DNA from: Callorhinchus milii
Taxonomy: Eukaryota
NCBI RefSeq assembly: GCF_018977255.1
Contig: NW_024705555.1
Span: 1-34,739 of the forward strand
Length of the DNA: 34,739 nucleotides
Reading direction: 5' to 3'
Position 1 is the stretch's first letter. Every line of letters starts with the position of its first letter. The translations under genes and the position numbers were made by a program. The notes under the pieces were generated by a model that worked only from the letters and a program-made list of their open reading frames with translations, was not told the origin of the DNA and did no database searches. Of the stretch, positions 9,562-22,000 are shown piece by piece.

Positions 9562-10976
9562 TCTATACATATAAACACCTAGCTTTATTTGTGATGAACG
9601 CTGCACTCCCGTTGTTTTCATGCACGGGGCGCGTCGGTTTGAACGATAGAAGCGCACGGACAGAAGTTCGATTGCGTTGGAATCGATCTGCAGAACGAGC
9701 CAATTTTGTGTTGATTAACCAGAATCGATTCCCAGAATCGACTTGGCCCCCACCGACACGACTTTGCCATTTTTTTGGCGACAATTTCCCATTCTCCCTG
9801 CATACGCTAACACAATCAACAAATCGCAGGAACAGACGTTCGATAACGTTGGTAAGCGCACACCTTTACCTGTCTATGATGAACACTTGAGAAAGAACGA
9901 GCAATTCTGTCTTGATTCCCAGAATCGATACCCAGATTCGACTTGGCCGCCACCGACACGACTTTGCCATTTATTTTTGCGACCACGACAATTTCCCATT
10001 CTCCCCGCATACGCTATCACAATCAACATGTCACAGGGACAGACGTTCAATTACGTTGGCAAGTGCACTACTTTATTTATTTTTGTATGATGCATTAGAC
10101 GAGATAGAAGAGCGAGGAGAGGCCAATGAGAGGCGGCCCACTCTTCTCTCTCTATTTGCCTTCATAATGCTCCTTAAAGATGTTTTCACTTCCAGTAACA
10201 AATTATGGACGAGGATGAAGATCCACGCACAAAAGCGTCAAAAGGCTAACGAATGAAAGCAAAGCTGGTTGGCCAAGCAAAGTCAGGAGTCGCTCAAGAT
10301 AATTCGTACAGCACATTGTGAATCTCAACAATGTTACATCAATCGACAAACTGCTGAGCAATCCCGACAAGATCGTGTCCCGCATGTACACGGTCAGTGT
10401 CAAAGACGAACAACGTTTCTTTCTTCGAATGCTGGTGCTGCATTTTCGAGGTGTGACCAGCTTTGAGTCGCTGCGGACTGTCGACGGAGTGGTGTGCGAG
10501 AGCTTCAATGCAGCAGCTTCAGCGCGAGGTCTTCTTAATTCTGACAACGATTGGGATCGCTGCTTGACGGATGCCGGCACCTACATGATACCGAAGCAGT
10601 TGCGCGAGATGTTTGCTTTCACTTGTTGCTTCTCTCACCCCGCATCACCTATCAAGCTGTGGGAGGACCACAAATTGGACTTAACTCTCGACTACATGCG
10701 AAGAGATGCCGACGACACCGCGATCAACAACGCACTTTACGGCATCAACAGCGTTCTGCAGTAGCACGGATTCTTTTGCAAAGCAATTGGCATGACAACA
10801 CTAAAGGGAAACCCACTGGAAGAAAATGTGTATGACCAAACGAGGGTGCACGACGTCTCGCGATGTTCAACGAGAAGCAGCTCGACGCGTTCAACAAGAT
10901 CATCATGGCTGTCGATGGCGAGAATGTGACGAACCGATGCTTCTATCTCGCGCCACAAGCGCCCCCGAACAACTAG
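9562..10976 (+). mobile_element. Internally deleted and rearranged Helitron with RepHel fragments
   Basis: A|TCTATACATA start and CTAG|T end. PIF1-type motif RQFPILPAYAxTINxSQxQT occurs twice; the Rep-helicase linker RMYTVS..RFFLRMLVLH.RG.TSFESLRTVDG..ARGLL..D.DW..QLREMF is at 10318-10764. Confidence 0.9.
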
Positions 10977-11236
10977 TCATCAAATAATACATTATTTAAA
11001 TGCATGCTTACAAATGGCAGCGCACTTCAATAGGGATTACCGTTGATAGGGCTATCTTAATAAACACAATAGACAAGAAGGACAAGATCAAAGGGGTCGC
11101 ATAATGCACATACATAATGTACGTTGCCTCTGTAATCCCCACCCCCCACATTGTGCAAGAGCGCAGAGGCGTGGTCAACACATCTACGCCTCTATTTAAG
11201 GAACGAAACAAACTTCTCCACAAATCTGGCTGTCGC

Positions 11237-11271
11237 CTGATGAAGCTAGTTGTAATTACTTGCGAAACGTT
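11237..11271 (+). ncRNA. Degenerate hammerhead in the pseudo-LTR of the 7790-11465 PLE
   Basis: CUGAUGA-A-GCUAGU(uguaauu)ACUUGC-GAAA-C-GUU. Stem II has one mismatch and stem I is poor. Confidence 0.6.
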
Positions 11272-12413
11272 GTACTCAGAATGTAAATGTTGTGGCTTGG
11301 CTCTCCAACACACCAGTGGGCTGTACTAGTAACGAATTGGCACGTTCTGTTTACATGACAACCCTTACTAGTTGGCTGTGGCTATTTTAACGACACATTT
11401 ATATATTTATGCTATCTAACCCAAAACATCTATTATGAATGATATTGGTCACGAAAGCCTAGGTGTTAAACAAACTGCAACAGGTCAACTTATTTGTCCA
11501 TATTTTTGCGAGAGAGAAGTACTGTCTCAGCTATAGGCCTGACGAAAGTTCGTGCGACACCTTGCTTCGCTAACATAACCTCATCCTTTTGAACTCTCCC
11601 ATCGGCACTGGGAAGCGTCTTGAGGATTCGGCCCATTGGCCGCTCATTCCGTTTGACTTGGTTGTCCTTCAGTAGGGCGAGGTCACCTTCTTAGATGTCT
11701 GGTCTGCTCGACTGCCACTTTCTGCGCACTTGAAGCATTGCAAGGTACTTGTTTTTTCCAGTGATGCCACAACGTGTTGGCGAAGCTCTGCACTTGTCTC
11801 CATTGACGTCTGTAGAAGTCTGCAGTGCTGACCTCGCCAGTGGGTGCTGTGAGCGCGATTGTTTGTAGCTTTAAGCATTTTCTCCAAGTTTCCCATTATT
11901 GTTGCCTTTGCTCAGGCAACGGGCTATTCCAGTCTTGTGTATCACCACAAATATCCCAGGGTAGCCAACGGCCTTGAATGGTGACTGGCGATAAAAATCC
12001 TAGTGGATCGTACAGGCTGTTTACCATCGACAAGATGACATGTCAAGTATAAGGCTAATTGTTACTCGAAATGCGAATGTGTCCGCTTTAAGGTCCCAAC
12101 TCAGTCCAAGGCATCGTTCGATTGGTGAAGTCTTTCAACTCCTTTGAACGATCTGAAGGAAATGCTTTTATCACATCTGCACTGCTGGACGCTATCTTGT
12201 GAAGTCTCAGGTTAGCAGTAGCTAACATTCCTTGCGTCCTTTGGAACAAATTAATGGCTTCTAAGGCCGTGGGCATTGATTTAAGTGCATCGTCAACATA
12301 GAAATCTCGCTCTAAAAATCGCTTGGCGTTTTCCCCAAATTCCCGTTCTCCTGCTTGCGTGGTCCTCCTAAGTCCATTGATGGCTACCGCTGGGGATGGG
12401 CTATCCTCTAGAG

Positions 12414-13430
12414 CAGGCATGTCTAAAGTCCGGCCCGCGGGCCAATCACGGCCCGCGGTCAGATTTCATACGGCCCACAGCTTCGGTCTTATAAATCATA
12501 AAACTTTAAAGATGTAATTCCTCCTTTCACCACACGGTGGCAGCACCATTCTAATTCTATCTGGCTCTGCATCAATGCCGTAAACCCTTCTCGAGTCATT
12601 TCTGCCATGGCGACTGCAAAAAAAAAATGCGGTCATTCGCTCAGGAAATGCTGAGCTTATTCGGCTCCACATATTTGTGTGACCAAACATTCTCAGTCAT
12701 GAACTTTAACAAGAACCGATTGAGGTCAAGGATGAGTGACTCCCACTTGCGTGGCATTTTACGCATCTCAACCACTGCCCTCAAGCCAGACCTGGTCTCT
12801 TTACTGAAATCTAGATCTCAGTATCACCCTTCTCATTAGTGTCAGCAAGTTATCTGTTCCTTGATCAATCTGAAATTGAGTGTTTTGAACGGTAACATCT
12901 GTCACTATTAACAGTGAAAAGCCTGAAGCACACTTATGCACTTGGACTTATGGCACTTGTTTTATTAAACTCTTGAATAAGATTTGGTTATAACTGTTGA
13001 TGTTATGTACCTGTAGATGTGACACAAACTATTGCTTTCTGAAAGATCTTGTAAAAGACAAGGGCAAAATTCACTTGTTTTAAAGTTGAATGGTAACAGA
13101 CCACTTTGCATTACTTATAACTCCTGTTTAAAATGTTCATGAGGCAAAGATATTTAACTCATGGAAATGTAAGGTATTCTATTCCATTTGTTCAATGTTA
13201 TCTGACTGAATGAAAGGCAGAATTGTGTTTTTAGAGTTGTTCACGTCTGCCTGAGTGGCTTATATTTGCTTACATTGTCATTTGAAAAATTAAGGTAATT
13301 GTGACAATGAATTTTTTTATAACAGTGTGTATTTTCATGTAACTTTTGTGGTTAAAATAATGTCAAAATGAACTATTGGCCCCCGGGCATCTTCACTTTG
13401 CCCTCTTTGCAAAAGGTTTGGACACCCCTG
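12414..13430 (+). mobile_element. Non-autonomous hAT (Charlie/Buster/SPIN-type) DNA transposon
   Basis: Perfect 8-bp TSD CTCTAGAG at 12406-12413 and 13431-13438. TIRs CAGGCATGTCTAAA / TTTGGACACCCCTG and subterminal GGCCCGCGG motifs. Confidence 0.93.
12607..12839 (+). pseudogene. Internally deleted hAT transposase: start codon region fused to the C-terminal dimerisation region
   Basis: GCCATGG MATAKKK start, then out of frame across an A-run into SLFGSTYLCDQTFSVMNFNKNRLRSRMSDSHL...QYHPSH (GTF2IRD2/SPIN-like C-terminus). Confidence 0.8.
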
Positions 13431-14800
13431 CTCTAGAGCAATGAACAGGTTTTGTCATCGTCCTTAATTGTCACAAACACCGTATGTCAAACATCATATT
13501 CTTGTGTTTCCAGCATGGAGGTTTCTTCGTAAGTCTGCATGGTACAGCCTTGACTTCTCTCTTCGAATTTCTCTTTCATCGTGAAGTGGTTAGAGCACGG
13601 CTTGAAGGGCGACATTCATCCATTCGTGAGCACACTTGTTTTGAATGTGCTAATGCGGTCTGGTATGTGTGTTCCATTAAGACAGACATCACCTACGATG
13701 GGCATAAGAAGCATTGTGAGGTCCATTGCGTGATCGCGAACCTTGTGGACTCTCAGCATGTCCCTGCCAAGCACAAGTAAAATCTGTGCCCCGTGATCCA
13801 ATGGTGGGATGAACTTTTGGCGTGAGAATCTCGCTTCTGTCATCCGGTATCTCATTGCACTCCATCACCATAGGAGGGGCTAGCTTCATGGTGCTATCCA
13901 TGGTTTCCACCATGAGGCCATTCGCTCTTCTTCTCGCTGTCTTCATCAGTCCTGAGCATGTTCTGAGCGTGTATGGAAAGGAATTCCCACATACAATTAG
14001 CTGATCAAAGAACTCTTACCTTGCCAAAGACTTGTTGCTCTGATCGTCCATTATAGCAGACATCCTTACTGCCCTTTCAGGATGTCCTTTCAGGATGTCC
14101 CTTTCAGGATGTCCTTGGACAGGCATATCTTTGAGCAAGATTTTCCTTTGAAGCCTTCTACACAGACGTCTGTGCATTTGGTTGTGACTGACGAAGTGGA
14201 TGCGGCGGTTTCACCCAACTCCCCGCCGTGCTCTGCTTCGGGATCAGAAGCCTTATTTCCACTGGGGTTGGAGTCAAATGTGTGCAGAGCAGTTGTGTGT
14301 TTGTCGCTGCCACATTCTTCGCAATTCATATCTGCCTTGCAATTTTTTGCACGGTGGTTTGTAGAAGCACAGCATTGGAAGCACACTCCAAATTATTTCA
14401 GCATATTATTCTGCTTTTCCAATGGCTTCCTTCAGAACTCATGACATTTCTGTAGGGAGTGAGGTTCATCATGCAATGGAACATTGCCTTTCTGGATCAT
14501 CTATCTTCTTCTTTGTGATGTTGCCTGGACGGAGTTTGCGAATGTCTAGGGGAGACCTCAGTCTTCTGTACGGAGATTGGCCTCGCTTTTCCTCGTCTCA
14601 CCGTTGCTTTTTCGATTTTTGCGAGATCTGGACTGGAGATTCCCATGGTGCCAAACATGAAACTCGGGTCATTTCTGGTCCACGCCAGGTTGCGGATAAA
14701 CCTTGAGAAAAACGAGAATGGGGTGGAATGCAACCTGATGCTCTGATTTGTATCTTGAACCCTTTGTTCTCCATTTCTCTTGCACGTCAAATGGCAATTT

Positions 14801-14919
14801 ACTCTTTGGTTCTTTCGGTAAAGTCTATTATTTAATTTATTCTTTTATCTTTATACGTGACTTTACCGAAAGAACCAAAGAGTAATTCCTGCAGTCACGA
14901 AAGCTCCAAAATTAAGATT
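14801..14919 (+). mobile_element. 119-bp mini PLE insertion with a 12-bp TSD
   Basis: AAATGGCAATTT duplicated at 14789-14800 and 14920-14931. A 25-bp inverted piece is followed by a forward pseudo-LTR end with tail. Removing it restores BEL gag VNPIVEKLPFDVQEKW. Confidence 0.92.
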
Positions 14920-16700
14920 AAATGGCAATTTCTCTACGATGGGGTTCACTCCATGGTAGGTATTCAGGAACATGAGACCTGATAAGTAGGGTCAGCCTGG
15001 GCTGATTCAAGATCTCCAAGCTCTCGTAACCTTTTATTGTCTTGACCTGAGATTTTTGGAAAGTTCTGCAGCTTCTTGGGCTATCATAGCACTCCTCAAG
15101 CCTCTCCCACACCGCATGCAGGCTTGAGGCAGGGTCGTCGATGTTTGCCGACCGGATCCTCTTTGCATACTCTGCAGATTCCTTTCCTAACCATTTCACC
15201 AACAGGTCATGTTCATCATTCGCAGAGATGTCTGCATTTCTCATTGCGTTCCTGAAGGTAGATCTCTAGGCTCGATAGTTCTCAGAGTGTTCATCAAACT
15301 TTACAAGTCCTGTGTTGATTTGTTCGCGGTGAGCCAGGTACCTAGCAAAGTCCCCTATGAATGCTGATCCAGGGTGTGTCCATACTGGCGCTTGTGAGGT
15401 GCTATAATTGGCTGTATTGCCATGCATTCCGTCATTCGCGATGGCATAGGATTGTGGGCCCAAAAGGTTTCGATCACGTTGGTTTGATCCCTTTATGTGA
15501 CTGTTTGGAATGTAGTTGTGACTTGGTGCATCCATGTCTGCTAAGTCGGCGACTAACTGCCAGGGCAGGGTATACATTTCCACCATTCCAGTAGACAGCA
15601 TTCATGTTCACTCGGCATGGAGGCGGCGATGCCTCAACATCCACATTTTGCTTAGTATCGGTTGGTGGAGGAGTATTGGTGCATTGTTCAGACCAGTCCA
15701 ACATATATTTTTTTGTGAATTGATCACGGTCCTTGACAGGCATCTGAGTGCCAAACTCACTCCAATTCTATTCCTTATCCAGTTTGGCTGCTGCTTCGAG
15801 CACCTCTGCCTGGGCCTTTGCAGCAGCTGCTTCTTGTTTGAGTTGCAGGGTGCGTAACTTAGCATCCAGCTTAATTTTCTTCCGTGCAGCAGTAGGCACC
15901 AATGCACTCTCTATTCTTGCTTCTTCTTGTATGCGGGCCTTTTCAATTAGCATGGCTTCCTCTTCAGCCATGTAGAAGATACGGGCGTTTGCTGCGTCTA
16001 CTGCTGCACGTGCCTGAGTTGCTGCGATACTGGTAGATGATATCTGTGAGTGTGCTGAGCATTTAAAACTTGTGGTAGAATTAGATGAGACAGAGTGCTG
16101 AGATCGTGTCTCTATTAAGCCCTCCACATGGTCCATTGCATCTTGTATCACTGCCTTCACATTATCATCGAGCAGTTCAAGGAGTCCTCTTGAATGTGCA
16201 CTCCCTCGATGACCTCGTCTGTCTTCACCTTCTTCAGGAGGGAGATGCATTTATTTGCCAGCAGTTTGTATCCTGAACTGCTGACCTTCACTCGATGTAT
16301 GGCCTGCTGAATTGAGGCCACTGTGTCTGAGGGTTTTGAGCTCCAGATATATCTGCTTAAACCCGGTCCCATGCCCTTTGCATCCTGGCATCAAAGTCTT
16401 GCTTCTCAGCGTCATAGCTTTCTAAGGCCCGTTGTGTCAACCTGACCTCTCCTTTGGGCCTTGAACTCCCTTGGTCCTCTTGAGGCAGGATGGGAGGTCT
16501 TGGATGGCTTAAATCACTTGCTTCAGCATCTCTCCCTGCTGAACTCTCTTTCCATGCTGCGATGCTTGCAACACAAGTTTAATGTAGACTCGCTGCAGAC
16601 ATTCCTGCTTGAGAGCTCCAAGCCTGAGGAGCTGGCTGATTGAGAGCTCCAAGAAAATGTATTTTTCTGTGCCTGCAGCACAGGTTTAATGTAAACTTTT

Positions 16701-18260
16701 GTAGAACTGGCTGCTTGAGAGTACAGCCTCGCTGTGCACTGCGTTGCACCACTATCCGAGTAGTTAACCTCGCATTCAATAAACCTTCAGAGCCAGGGTG
16801 AACATCCAACTCCAATGTATTTAATGCATAGAACGAGGTAAAACTGATGGAAAAACACAGCACAAAATACAACATATTTAAATACTTGCAATATCAATGC
16901 AATTGAAGACGAGATTAATACATAGTGCGCACAGTTAGCAGGTGCAAATGAGGACAAACAGGTGCAACATGAGGTTTGCACAGACAAACCGACAGTAGCT
17001 AAGGGGAGAAGCGGGTGCAACTGAGGTCGAACAGGAGCTATGCTGTGACCGGAGGTTGGCGCCTAGGAGAAGGGAGATGGGGGATGATGATAAGAGATTA
17101 ATAGGACAACTGATGCTGGCCTGGCGGCAGCTTAAGTGGGAACACGTGAGGACTCGGAATAAGCGGGAGTGTATGAGCGAGGGGAGTTGTTGCCGGGAAC
17201 CAAGAGCGAAGACATCTCGCCGCTGCCACTCTAGCCGTCAATGGGACCTCAACCCTCACGCCGTCGCCGGGCGGGTATTGGCTGAACCCCCCGCCCGGGA
17301 CAGATGGGTGAGCGGATCTGAGGAGCATAGGTGAAGGCAGCGGTGGAGATGCGAAGTTGCTGTGTGTAGAGTCGCTGAGTGTGAAGACGCTGTGTGCGGA
17401 GTCGCTGGGTGTGAAACTGCTCAGTGCGGTATCGCTGAGAGCAGAGCTGCTGAGTGCAGGATAAGTGAGGTGCAGAATAGTTAAGAGCAGGGAGAAGTTA
17501 AGGATATGTGACCGTACAGATAGTTATATGAGTGCCTATAACAAGTGCACGAACAGGTGAATAAAGTGTAAGCAGGTGACTTGTTACAACATGTCGGTGT
17601 GAGTATTTTTTTAAGACACTACACAATGAACACTGCAGCATCATAACATTGTCTTAGATAACATGAATCTCAACAAAAGGTCCTGAATGGACCAGGCACC
17701 TACATTAGCATTGAATAGCTATCCAACAAGAGAATAAGCTACTGTGTTAAATAAGGTTACTTTGTGTAATCACCATACTGCAGCCCAAATGTACAGCACT
17801 GCACATAACACTGAACTGTGGATGAGATACTTCTTCATCCTTGCTCTCAAGAACGCATTCAAGTTACATGGGCACAAGTCTGACTCGACTTATCCAACTA
17901 TAAATAACATTCACAATAATGCAAGTGACAGGCTTCGTTGTTAACTAGGCCTCATATTTATCATCACAATTTAACAGCATTATAACGGCATTTACAGCAT
18001 TATAACGGCAATCCGAACATTATAACATCATTCCCAGAATTATAAGAACATAGACAAACTTACAGACAATGCTTCTTAAAGTCCCACAATGAACAGATGG
18101 ACCCGTCTTCACTGAGACGCTAATTGTGCCTCCATTTGTACTCTATGTAATGGCGGGTGCACCTGCCTGGCCTCTGGCTTAGAGACCCTTAACTCATAAC
18201 TTCCTGATCACGTGACCAAACTCAACACCATCATATCAGGAAGTCCCTGTGTAAACACAC
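16701..18260 (-). mobile_element. Possible 5' LTR/UTR of the BEL element (contains the 16904-17623 insertion)
   Basis: Lies directly upstream of gag, with plausible TGT...ACA ends and an ATTAAA at ~16822. No second LTR is present in the window to confirm it. Confidence 0.3.
16904..17623 (+). mobile_element. Solo LTR (720 bp) with a 4-bp TSD
   Basis: TGAAG...CTACA termini with CAAT duplicated at 16900-16903 and 17624-17627. AATAAA at ~17560 and short internal tandem repeats at 17360-17460. Confidence 0.75.
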
Positions 18261-19055
18261 CCCCATATCTGCCGTGGGGCAAAGCAAACGTTATACATTT
18301 TTTTAACGATTGAGAACTAAAGGGGTGCAAGGCAGCAGTAAAGGGTAGGAAACCACTGATTTAGGGGGTGGTGTGGCTATAGCCATACCCGGCTGCCTTC
18401 GTTGTCTCTCAAAGGTATCGTTGTCTCATTTGAGGCTGAGTCGACCTAGTCGTGGTCGACGAACAGTTCAGATGTCAATCGCCACTTTGGATCGCCTTGA
18501 CCCTAAGTGGAACTCATGTTACAGACATCACCATCACTGTGCTGTGCACTAAACTCTGCATCACCAATCCCGTCACCATCACTTCTTGTGACGGATTCTG
18601 TCCCAAAGCCCTCATGGTTTTTAATAAGCTTGATTCTGCTGATGATGATAATGAGGCACTGCATTTTGAAACCGGTTCAGATGATTTGCTTGTCTTGAAC
18701 CAAATGCTGCAGATATTATGCACTCTCAGAGAGAACACCATGCAGCTGATGGCATGTGTAAAATATACTTTTAGAATCGTTTTTTTTACAAATGTTGGTT
18801 TGCAAAATGCAATTGTGTTAAATGATTGTTTGATATACAGAATTAGGAAGCAAATACTGTAGTGTGAGGAAACATAGCAGTCATGTTGTTGCGCATGATG
18901 GCAGCATCAATGCGTTTAGGAGCTAGGCACCAATGTCGAGGTCTGCTCCTCCCAACGACAAGAGGGCTCAGGGGTTAGAGTTGGAGTCGTTCTGCTGCTC
19001 CTGCTCTGTTGAATACATACATACATACACATGGCTTGGCTTCGCGAACGAAGAT

Positions 19056-22000
19056 CTAGGAAGGACATCCACGTCTTCTGCAGGCACGCTGGTGGCTGAA
19101 GAGGCCTATGCGGGACAAGCAGGTCCTGCCACAACAGCTGCAAGTATAGGTCTCATCTGGGATGGGTGCTGAGGGATCACGGTTCTTCCTCCTTCTCCTT
19201 TTGTCCTCCATACGGGCCCTGCGGGTATCTTCGAAGAAGGAGGTGGCCTGGTGGACTGTGTGCCGCCAGGAGTTGCGATCAGCTGCTTGTGTTGCCCACT
19301 GACGGTGATCGATGCAGCAAGCAGTGAGGGACTTCTTCAGGGAGTCTTTGTATCGCTTTCGTGGTGCCCCTATGTCGCGATGGCCAGAGGACAGTTCCCC
19401 ATACAGCACAATCTTAGGCAAGCGGTGGTTCTCCATCCTGGCGATGTGCCCTGCCCAACGAAGCTGTGTCTTGAGGACCATGGCCTCGATGCTGATGACC
19501 TTCGCTGACTTGAGGACTTCAGTGTTGGCGACGAAGTCACTCCAGTGAATATTGAAGATTGTGCGGAGGCAGCGCTGATGGAAACGCTCGAGGAGACTCA
19601 GGTGACGACGGTACGTGACCCAGGACTCAGCGCCATACAGGAGAGTGGTCAGCACAACAGCTTTGTAGACGTTGACCTTTGTGGCTCTTTTAAGGTTTCT
19701 GTTGTTCCAGACACGTTTGTATAGTCTGCCAAATGCACTGTTTGCCTTGGCCAGCCTGTTGTCGACTTCGTTGTCGATCTTGGCGTCAGACGAGATGACG
19801 CACCCCAAGTAGCTGAACTGGTGGACAGCTTTCAGTTCTGTTTGTTCAATGAAGATGCTTGGTGGATGGTGCTCCTCATGGGGTGCGGACTGATGAAGAA
19901 CTTCAGTCTTCCTCAGGCTGACTTCAAGGCCGAAGATCTGAGCTGTTTTCGCGAAACAGGACGTAATTCGCTGCATAGCTGCCTCTGTATGAGCAAGGAG
20001 GGCGGCATCGTCAGCAAAAAGCAGCTCCCTGATCAGTTGCTCCATGGTCTTTGTGTGGGCCTGCAAACGCCTCAGGTTGAACACGCTCCCGTCGAGACGA
20101 AAACGGATGTATACGCCATCAGCGTCGTCGAGGTCCTCTGTGACCTGCTGGAGCATCATGCTGAACAAAATGGTGAACAGCGTGGGAGCAAGAACACAGC
20201 CCTGTTTCACGCCGTTTGCAATAGGGAAGGGCTGCGAGAGATTGTTGCTATGTCTGACTTGTCCAAGCTGTCTTCATGAAGCTGGACGATCATGGTGAGG
20301 AACTTCGGTGGGCAGCCTAGCTTGTCCAGGATTTTCCAAAGTCCCTGCCTGCTCACGGTGTCAAACGCTTTTGTCAGGTCCACAAAGGTGACGTACAGTG
20401 CTTTGTTTTGCTCCCGGCACTTTTCCTGAATCTGCCTCAGGACAAACACCATGTCTGTGGTTCCCCGGTTGGCTCTAAAGCCACACTGGGTCTCTGGGAG
20501 GTGATCTTCAGCTATTGCGGGTACCAGTCTATTCAGCAGTACTCTTGCGAGGATTTTGCCGGCGACGGACAGAAGTGTTATGCCACGATAATTGGAACAG
20601 TCTGATTTCTCCCCTTTGTTCTTGTACAGGGTGATGATGACTGCATCTTTGAGATCTTGAGGGAGTTTACCCTGCTCCCAGCAGCAGACGAAGAATTCAT
20701 GGAGTTTGGTGTGCAGTGCTGGGCCTCCGTTCTTCCATACTTCAGGAGGGATGCCATCGACTCCTGCAGCTTTACCACTCTTCAGCTGTTTAATGGCTTC
20801 CTCAGTCTCTTGTAATGTTGGTGCCACATCCAGTTCGGTTTTCACTGGTTGTTGTGGGATGCGGTCAATCGCTGGTTCTTGGACTGAGCGGCTAGCATTG
20901 AAGAGCGTGTAGAAGTGCTCAGACCAGCGGTTCAGGATTGAGTCCTTTTCAGTGAGCAGTTTTTCCCGTCTGCACTCCGCAGGGGGCTCAGGATTTGGTA
21001 CGAGGGGCCATATACCGCTTTTAGGGCTTCGTAGAATCCCCTGTAGTCGCCAGTATCAGCGCAAACCTGAGTTTTTACTGCGAGGTTGGTCCACCACTCG
21101 TTCTGAATCTCTCGAAGCTTGCGCTGGATGGTGCTGCATTCCAGGCGGAAGGCTGCTTTTTTGTGCGGGCAGGATGGTCGGGCCAGGTGGGCCTGGTGTG
21201 CTGATCTCTTCTTTGACAGCAGCTCCTGGACTTCTAAGTTGTTCTCATCGAACCAATCTCTGTTTTTCTTCGTGGAGAATCCGAGGGTATCTTCAGATGT
21301 TTGCAGAACAACAGTTTTGATGCGGTCCCACAGCACTTCAGGAATCGGAGGCGAGTCTCCTAGGCAGCTCGGTTCCTCTAGCCTAGATCGTAGGCTTTTC
21401 TGGAAAGCTGCTTTGACCGCGGCAGACTGAAGGCTGCAGACTTTGAGCTTCTTCCTCGGGGCGCCACCGTTTCTTGGTCTGGGTTTAAAGTGAAAGCTGA
21501 GTTTGCAGCGGACAAGACGGTGGTCTGTGTGACACTCGGCGCTGGGCATTACCCTGGTGTGAAAGACATCTTTTAGGTCACGCTGGCGCACAAGGATGTA
21601 GTCTATGAGATGCCAATGTTTTGACCGAGGGTGCATCCAGGTTGTTTTCAGACTGTCTTTCTGCTGGAAGATGGTGTTGGTAATGGAAAGCTGCTGTTCC
21701 GCACAGAGTTCAAGTAACAAGCGTCCATTGTCGTTGCAGCTGCCCACGCCGTGCCTTCCAAGTACGCCTTTCCAGGTTTCCGAGTCTCTGCCCACTCTGG
21801 CGTTGAAGTCGCCAAGGATGACAATCTTGTCGTCAGCTGGGATATCCTGCAGAAGGCTGCGTAGGTCGGAGTAAAACTTGTCTTTATCAGCGGGATCTGC
21901 CTGGAGAGTTGGAGCGTACACACTGAGCAGCGTTGCGTGTTGTTGGTCACGAAGTGGTAGACGCATTGAGATGATGCGGTCAGAGTGGCCAGTTGGCAGG

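Larger units (their letters stand above)
7790..11465 (+). mobile_element. Decayed Penelope-like retroelement (RT + GIY-YIG + pseudo-LTR), interrupted at 8882-9215 and 9562-10976
   Basis: PRLYGL/KIHKPDVPLRPIVS, GAAIGPPLSPVIANLYME, FKYVDDTLVVW and IPYIAG; GIY-YIG region YVGQTGR..STRLKEH..VAEH..LSAAW. The 3' region has a hammerhead core and a GTCACGAAAGCC tail (~11448). Confidence 0.88.
11490..16700 (-). mobile_element. Decayed BEL/Pao LTR retrotransposon internal region (gag-pro-RT remnant, integrase C-terminus) with large deletions
   Basis: Gag ELDLLVKWLG-like block, VNPIVEKLP..QEKW and the Cys knuckle CFQCCAST.H.AKNC..CEECGSDKHTTALH. Protease region YAIMDDQ / ECNEIPDDRSEI, RT SPSPAVA..FYVDDAL, and C-terminal RRQWRQVQ..W..YL..LQ.RRKW..DGRV..RPI. 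Confidence 0.88.

Noticed and set aside
11538..11570. CTGACGA...GAAA as another hammerhead
   Set aside because: There is no stem II between the motifs, and the sequence is the antisense of BEL integrase C-terminal codons.
14073..14113. 13-bp triple repeat CCTTTCAGGATGT in BEL
   Set aside because: An ordinary slippage duplication that disrupts the decayed ORF.
18452..18862. 136-aa ORF between the BEL and RTE elements
   Set aside because: Non-ATG start, no recognisable motif and no convincing splice context.
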